A stretch of 22,485 nt of DNA, filler included, from an uncultured virus (IMG/VR IMGVR_UViG_2897328257_000004) (Duplodnaviria; Heunggongvirae; Uroviricota; Caudoviricetes). It is 3 parts of one record of this genome, joined end to end, with 100 filler letters (N's around TTAATTAATTAA, not from the genome) between each part and the next. Parts side by side here need not be neighbours in the genome. Positions count along the whole stretch, not along the records: positions 4,216 to 17,862 come from IMGVR_UViG_2897328257_000004; positions 17,963 to 22,485 come from IMGVR_UViG_2897328257_000004; 1 more part is not named here. One strand, 5' to 3'. Both the position numbers and the translations under genes were made by a program. Shown in pieces: positions 17,315 through 22,485 of the stretch; position 1 is the first letter of the stretch, and each line of letters begins with the position of its first letter. Below the pieces are notes generated by a model. The model was not told the origin of the DNA, ran no database searches, and was given only the letters and a program-made list of their open reading frames with translations.

Positions 17315-17706
17315 AACATACTGATATTCGTGCCGCAGTGCTGGATGCACTCGAGCAGCATGAACACGGGGCGACGCTGTTTGATGGTCGCCCCGTTGTT
17401 TTTGACGAAGAGGATTTTCCCGCGATCGCGGTTTATCTGACGGATGCAGAGTATACCGGTGAAGAGCTGGATGCAGATACCTGGCGGGCCACACTGCATA
17501 TTGAGGTGTTTTTACCGGCACAGGTACCGGATTCAGAGCTTGATCTGTGGATGGAAAGCCGGATTTACCCGGCGATAACTGCGATCCCGGCACTGGCGGG
17601 CATGATTACCACGATGGTTACGCAGGGCTATGAGTATCGTCGTGATGACGATATGGCATTGTGGAGTTCTGCAGATCTGACTTATTCCATTACATACGAG
17701 ATGTGA
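17311..17706 (+). CDS. U: Tail terminator protein gpU
   Basis: [47 protein letters not shown]. Confidence 0.96.
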   Translation: MKHTDIRAAVLDALEQHEHGATLFDGRPVVFDEEDFPAIAVYLTDAEYTGEELDADTWRATLHIEVFLPAQVPDSELDLWMESRIYPAITAIPALAGMITTMVTQGYEYRRDDDMALWSSADLTYSITYEM

Positions 17707-17713
17707 GGACGAT

Positions 17714-17862
17714 ATGGCAACACCAAATCCCCTGGAGCCGGTAAAAGGTGCCGGTACCACACTGTGGGTTTACACCGGCAAGGGTGATGCTTATGCAAAC
17801 CCGTTGTCAGACGATGAGTGGACGCGCCTGGCAAAAATAAAAGATCTGACCCCCGGCGAGAT
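17714..17862 (+). CDS. V: Major tail tube protein gpV, truncated by the gap
   Basis: [34 protein letters not shown] is the gpV N-terminus. Confidence 0.95.
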
Positions 17863-17962
17863 NNNNNNNNNNNNNNNNNNNNNNNNNNNNNNNNNNNNNN
17901 NNNNNNTTAATTAATTAANNNNNNNNNNNNNNNNNNNNNNNNNNNNNNNNNNNNNNNNNNNN
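17863..17962. other. Artificial contig linker (44 N + TTAATTAATTAA + 44 N)
   Basis: 12-mer at 17907-17918 flanked by N runs. Confidence 0.99.
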
Positions 17963-17963
17963 G

Positions 17964-19562
17964 GGGGAAACCGGCAGTTACAGTATGGATGTTGAGCCGG
18001 GGTTGTACCGGGTGACGCTGAACACGGAAGGGTACGCGCCGTCATATGTGGGTGACATTCTGGTGAAGGCGGAGTCTGCACCGGGAACGCTGAATAAATT
18101 TCTGATGGACCTGGAGGACGCACAGTATTACCCGAAAGCCCTTGCAGAGCTGGAAGCGGTGGCCGCGGAAATCCTGAAACGTGCGGAAGCGTCAGCGGCG
18201 AGTGCAGAGGAAGCGAAGAAACGGGCAGAGAATGCGCGGGGACCGAAGGGGGATAAGGGGGACACCGGGCCGCAGGGTATTCCCGGGCCAAAAGGCGATA
18301 CCGGCGAGCGTGGGCCAAAGGGTGAGCGTGGTGAGACAGGACCACAGGGGCTTCAGGGTGTGAAAGGTGAACGGGGAGAGAAGGGCGAAAAAGGCGAGCC
18401 GGGAGGACCGGATGCGACGACGGCACAGAAGGGAATTGTGCAGTTAAGCAGCGCAACGGACAGTGATGATGAAACGAAGGCAGCCACCCCGAAAGCGGTG
18501 AAAGCGGCAATGGACAAAGCGGACGGATGCCTGGAGAAAGCGAAAAACGGTGACGATATCCCGGATAAGGTGAAGTTTCTGAACACCGTGGGAGCAGCCA
18601 GAGTATACGGGCGGGACATTCATACGGGGGCCGGTGAATGGACCACGAGTGAGTTTGTCGCCTGGCTGAAAGAAAAAGGGGCATTTGACCAGCCTTACTG
18701 GATGATGAAGGCATCACTGCCTGCGGGATTCAATAAAGTCATCACGGATGTCGGGCCGGGAAAACTCAATCTGGGTGGCTGCGCCATTGAGGTGATGGGA
18801 ACGTATGAGGCTGCCATAGTCCGGGTCACCATTGGCGAATACGGTGCAACGGGGTTTATTAATGGCACGGTCTGTACCTGTACGGTTTACGGCGACACAC
18901 GGTATTTCCACTGGCGGGTGGATTACAGCACAAAAAACAAACCGGATACGGTCAGCCAGCGGGATGCCAGCACGACGCAGAAAGGTGTGGTGCAGTTAAG
19001 CAGTGATACTGGCAGTAATGACGAAACAAAGGCAGCCACGCCGAAGGCCGTGAAGGCGGCAATGGATGTGGCAAATGAAGCGAAAACAAAGGCAGAAGAG
19101 GCTGCAGCAGGAGGTGGTGTTCCCGGTCCGAAAGGAGAGAAAGGCGACCCCGGAGCACAGGGTCCGAAAGGTGAAACGGGAGCAACAGGCCCCGCTGGTC
19201 CGCGGGGAGCGCAGGGACCGAAAGGGGAGAAAGGCGACCCCGGTCCCAGAGGTGAGCGTGGAGAAACCGGGCCGATGGGGCCGCCCGGGGCATCAGACGG
19301 GAAGAGCCGGGTTGTGGGTATCAGGCTGGGTAATAAACAGACTTATGCGCCGCAAACAGACAGCACTACATGGGCAGTGGATTTGGATATTGGTGCAATG
19401 ATTACGGGGATTGGCGGTTACAACGACGGAAACAAAACCCTTATTGACAGGGTATCTTACAGGCCGCTTCAGGTGACATTTGATGGTTCTCAGTGGCGTA
19501 CAGTCAGCGTGGGTGAGTATGTGTCGTCAGGAGCTTCGGGGTTTGAGTATTTTCCATTATAA
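17964..19562 (+). CDS. Side tail fibre with collagen-like domains, 5' end lost in the gap
   Basis: Frame is open from the gap. [13 protein letters not shown]...PGTLNKFL is the Stf-type N-terminal domain. Two Gly-X-Y blocks, two fibre repeats and a C-terminal YRPLQ..FDG.QW fibre motif. Confidence 0.93.
   Translation, partial: GETGSYSMDVEPGLYRVTLNTEGYAPSYVGDILVKAESAPGTLNKFLMDLEDAQYYPKALAELEAVAAEILKRAEASAASAEEAKKRAENARGPKGDKGDTGPQGIPGPKGDTGERGPKGERGETGPQGLQGVKGERGEKGEKGEPGGPDATTAQKGIVQLSSATDSDDETKAATPKAVKAAMDKADGCLEKAKNGDDIPDKVKFLNTVGAARVYGRDIHTGAGEWTTSEFVAWLKEKGAFDQPYWMMKASLPAGFNKVITDVGPGKLNLGGCAIEVMGTYEAAIVRVTIGEYGATGFINGTVCTCTVYGDTRYFHWRVDYSTKNKPDTVSQRDASTTQKGVVQLSSDTGSNDETKAATPKAVKAAMDVANEAKTKAEEAAAGGGVPGPKGEKGDPGAQGPKGETGATGPAGPRGAQGPKGEKGDPGPRGERGETGPMGPPGASDGKSRVVGIRLGNKQTYAPQTDSTTWAVDLDIGAMITGIGGYNDGNKTLIDRVSYRPLQVTFDGSQWRTVSVGEYVSSGASGFEYFPL
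18240..18410 (+). repeat. Collagen-like Gly-X-Y block 1 (19 triplets)
   Basis: [12 protein letters not shown] ... GEP GGP. Confidence 0.95.
18411..19067 (+). repeat. Two diverged copies of the phage tail fibre repeat (18411-18515, 18963-19067)
   Basis: [35 protein letters not shown] and [35 protein letters not shown]. Confidence 0.92.
19116..19295 (+). repeat. Collagen-like Gly-X-Y block 2 (20 triplets)
   Basis: [12 protein letters not shown] ... GPP GAS. Confidence 0.95.
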
Positions 19563-19603
19563 AGCGCATCATCTTTCAGACATGTAACCGGGAGGACTTA
19601 CAG

Positions 19604-20275
19604 ATGCACATAAAGAATTTCAGACAATACACGCCGGAAAATCCGGATGTGCCGGGTGCGATGTACCTGAAATCAGAGGATGGTCAGGACTGGTATGAGT
19701 GTCAGTCGTTATTTTCAGCAGAGACGCTGAAGGTGGTTTATAACAGTGCCGGAGTCATTACCGGCATCAGCAGGGTGGCGTCAGTTCTGTGGCCAGTGGG
19801 CCAGAGTGTGGTGGAGGTGGCGGATACGGAAGAAAACCGCAAAGCTGACATCTCGGGGCGCTGGGGTTTTGACGGGGAGAAAATCACGGACCTGCTGACC
19901 GCGGAGAAAGCGCGAGGGATGAAGGGCGATGAAATTAACGCCTGGCGTAATGCGATGGAAGCGGCGAACTACACGTTTGAGCACAATGGCCGGAAATGGG
20001 ACTACGGGAAGTCAACGCAGACGCGTCTTGAGCCGTCGGTGGCGGCAGCGAAATCGGGGAAACTGCCGGAGGCGTTTTTCTGGACGGATGCGGAAAACAA
20101 TGATGTGGAAGTGACAGCAGAAGAGCTTATAGCGCTGAGTGAAGCGGCAGAGCAGGCGATGTTCACCAAAGGGATGGAAATCCACGTCCGGCAGCGCACC
20201 ATGAAGAAAGAGCTGGAAAAGCTGACCAGTGCGGATGAGATACTGGCATACAGGGTTGGCTGGGGTGATCCGTAA
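19604..20275 (+). CDS. Tail fibre assembly protein (Tfa-like N-terminus, DUF4376-like C-terminus)
   Basis: MHIKNF...YLKSEDGQDWYE, LWP...SVVEV, WTDAENN. GGAGG SD; directly after the fibre gene. Confidence 0.85.
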   Translation: MHIKNFRQYTPENPDVPGAMYLKSEDGQDWYECQSLFSAETLKVVYNSAGVITGISRVASVLWPVGQSVVEVADTEENRKADISGRWGFDGEKITDLLTAEKARGMKGDEINAWRNAMEAANYTFEHNGRKWDYGKSTQTRLEPSVAAAKSGKLPEAFFWTDAENNDVEVTAEELIALSEAAEQAMFTKGMEIHVRQRTMKKELEKLTSADEILAYRVGWGDP

Positions 20276-20680
20276 TCTGGAAAGGAGGACACTGCGTATT
20301 TTTATGGAAGGAGAACGCCCAATAACCAATTATGCTCCTTCACGGTAATACACAGGAAAAGTTACTTAGGTAAATATTACACTTTAACTGAACAGTTACT
20401 TTTTACTGCTATTGAGATTTTTCTCATAAATTACAGTGTAAGCAGATGTGACACAGCATGCCGGATGAGAGTGAGTTTTTTCTGATGCCTGTTCCGGTGG
20501 TGTAGTCGTGGTTCTGAGTGACTACACCAAGAATAATGTAAGATAAATCCTAAATTATTAAATTAATTTTTGGATTTATTTTTGGAATATCCTGAATGAA
20601 GCCGTAATTAATCATATTTCTTTATGAGTATGAGGTGTTGAGGCTGATTTGTATACAGATAATTTAACAGGATATCCATA

Positions 20681-21925
20681 ATGAGTAAAAAAATCACAAA
20701 GACACTTCTGTCATCTTCTCTGGTTGTAGGTCTGTTGAGTGTTAGTTCTTTTACACGTGCAAATGAATATAGCTACAGCGCCTTGGATGTGTTAGGTAAA
20801 CACGGAAGTACTTACACCATTGTTTATAATAGTGATTCTGATACCGCTTATGTTAAATGGAAAAAAGTACCTAGCGGTGTTGAGGGGATTAAAGATGGAG
20901 ATATTGTACAAGGATTATCAAAAATTAATAAAGATGGGACTGTAGAAGTTACTACCAAGGATGGCACTAGTACATATCGTGTGTATGACCGGGAGTTTCA
21001 TAACCTAATGAATTCACTGGTCAAGCAGGATAAAGAAAACACTCTTGGAAAGAAAGAGGGTACTCAAACAGACCTTGTATCTGATGCTGATATTCGGAAT
21101 CTTTTTGGCAGAATTGCTGCGATCTCTGAAATGGAAACTAATGTTGGTCTGGATGAATATGGGCGAGTGGCAACTAGTGCAGAGAGTATTAAAGAACGCG
21201 TGTCTTTGCAGACTTATCTGGCTACAGAGGCTGCAAATAGCGCAATTGGCCTAGATAAAAACGGTAAGCTAACTCTGAATGAGACAGATATTGTAACGCC
21301 GTTACGTATCAATGACGGCGTTGTCACTATAGCGAAAGATGTGGAAGAACAGAAAGAAGGGCTGGCGATCCAGAAGAAAGGACTGTCTGAGCTTTCATCC
21401 CGCACAGATATCATTGATGCAGCAACGGCTGCGAATACGAATAAAATTGATTCCCGAACCACCGTTGGTGTGAATGCGGACGGAACCCTGACCAGCGCTG
21501 ATGGCGCTACAAAAACGATTGCTGTTAATGACGGTCTCGTTGCTCTGTCCGGCAGAACAGACCGTATTGATGCTGCAGTTGGTAGCGTTGACCGCCGGGT
21601 TACTAAAAATACACAGGCTATTCAGTCCAATACTCGCCAGTTGCAGGAACATAATGCACGCCTGAACAGCCAGCAGCGTCAAATTCGTGAGAATCACGAA
21701 GAGATGAAGCGTGCAGCAGCACAGAGTGCAGCGCTGGCGGGGCTTTTCCAGCCGTACAGTGTGGGGAAATTCAACGCCACTGCTGCCCTGGGGGGGTACA
21801 GTGATAAACAGGCTGTTGCCGTGGGTGTTGGTTACCGTTTCAATGAGCAGACAGCAGCGAAAGCAGGTGTGGCAGCGAGTGATGGCGATGTGTCCTACAA
21901 CGTAGGTGTGAACTTTGAGTTTTAA
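20681..21925 (+). CDS. eib: Trimeric autotransporter adhesin of the Eib/Saa family (YadA-type anchor)
   Basis: Signal peptide; coiled-coil stalk [45 protein letters not shown]; anchor [19 protein letters not shown]...YNVGVNFEF with terminal Phe. Confidence 0.92.
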   Translation: MSKKITKTLLSSSLVVGLLSVSSFTRANEYSYSALDVLGKHGSTYTIVYNSDSDTAYVKWKKVPSGVEGIKDGDIVQGLSKINKDGTVEVTTKDGTSTYRVYDREFHNLMNSLVKQDKENTLGKKEGTQTDLVSDADIRNLFGRIAAISEMETNVGLDEYGRVATSAESIKERVSLQTYLATEAANSAIGLDKNGKLTLNETDIVTPLRINDGVVTIAKDVEEQKEGLAIQKKGLSELSSRTDIIDAATAANTNKIDSRTTVGVNADGTLTSADGATKTIAVNDGLVALSGRTDRIDAAVGSVDRRVTKNTQAIQSNTRQLQEHNARLNSQQRQIRENHEEMKRAAAQSAALAGLFQPYSVGKFNATAALGGYSDKQAVAVGVGYRFNEQTAAKAGVAASDGDVSYNVGVNFEF

Positions 21926-21949
21926 TTGCTGACAGTGACATGAAGCATG

Positions 21950-21982
21950 ACGGCAGGCGTGGAGTTTTGCCTGCCGTTTTTT
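21950..21982 (+). terminator. Rho-independent terminator after the adhesin gene
   Basis: ACGGCAGGC-(10 nt)-GCCTGCCGT followed by TTTTT. Confidence 0.85.
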
Positions 21983-22011
21983 CTCATGTGAGCATGAAAC
22001 AGGTGACAGCG

Positions 22012-22485
22012 ATGAAAGTGATTCTGGCGACCCGCAACCGTTATCTGGAGTATGGCCTGCAGCAGATGCTTGAGGGGTACAGGATAATACTGGCGAGGGA
22101 GTTTTTTACACCAGAGAACAGGAAGAGTGTTCCGGCACATGATGAGTCATGGGTGATAATCTGTGATGCCCTCCTTGGCAGGCTGATGTGCTGCATGTTT
22201 CAGGGACGCCGTTATCTTCAGATTGATGCGGAAGATGTTACGGGGCGCTTGGAGACGTACAGGAAAATCCGGAATGGTGAGTGGGTACATAATACGTATG
22301 CGCGACCTCTGACGATGTCCGAGATGGTGGTGATGTTTGGATACGTGTACCGGGAGTCAAAGCCCTGCCATCTTGCCCGTGAAATGGGGATAAACACGAA
22401 GACGGTGAACACCTTTCTGTATATGGGACTTGGTAAAAACGGTCTTAAGTACAGGAGTGCGAAGCACCTGGTTGGACGTGCGTAG
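22012..22485 (+). CDS. Putative transcriptional regulator with a degenerate LuxR-like C-terminal HTH
   Basis: 157 aa from MKVILA (AGGTG SD). PLTMSE.....LAREMGINTKTVNTF...GLGK resembles LT.RE...IA..L.IS.KTV..H. The longer ORF start (21940) overlaps the terminator. Confidence 0.7.
   Translation: MKVILATRNRYLEYGLQQMLEGYRIILAREFFTPENRKSVPAHDESWVIICDALLGRLMCCMFQGRRYLQIDAEDVTGRLETYRKIRNGEWVHNTYARPLTMSEMVVMFGYVYRESKPCHLAREMGINTKTVNTFLYMGLGKNGLKYRSAKHLVGRA

Noticed and set aside
4116..17962. Apparent loss of immunity, replication, Q and most tail genes (defective or satellite prophage)
   Set aside because: The missing modules coincide with the two gaps, so absence cannot be inferred. The pieces may even come from different prophages.
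18240..19295. Repeats considered as a CRISPR array, DGR template/variable pair or invertible fibre segment
   Set aside because: The repeats are in-frame protein repeats with largely synonymous divergence. No spacers, reverse transcriptase, invertase or inverted crossover sites were seen.

Overview
Lambdoid (phage 21-like head) prophage DNA, most likely from E. coli, in three contig pieces joined by two artificial 100-nt linkers (44 N + TTAATTAATTAA + 44 N; 4116-4215 and 17863-17962). Adjacency across the gaps is not proven. Piece 1 (minus strand): integrase, excisionase, a RecE-like/DEDDh exonuclease fusion and the end of a ydfD-like gene. Piece 2: end of a pinholin gene, two unknown ORFs inside the lysis cassette, SAR endolysin, antirepressor-N protein, a small membrane ORF, Rz/Rz1, Rha-family protein, a ~430-nt non-coding stretch, cos (cosQ/cosN/cosB) and the nu1-A-W-B-C-D-E-FI-FII-Z-U-V morphogenesis run. 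Piece 3: collagen-like tail fibre, fibre chaperone, an Eib/Saa-family trimeric autotransporter and a LuxR-like HTH gene. The most notable signals are non-coding. The same ~125-nt structured leader, with compensatory base changes and a probable pseudoknot or switch helix, precedes two unrelated antirepressor-type genes. A densely base-paired ~430-nt region lies just before cos. All RNA structures were found by eye and protein family calls come from motif recognition and recall, not searches.
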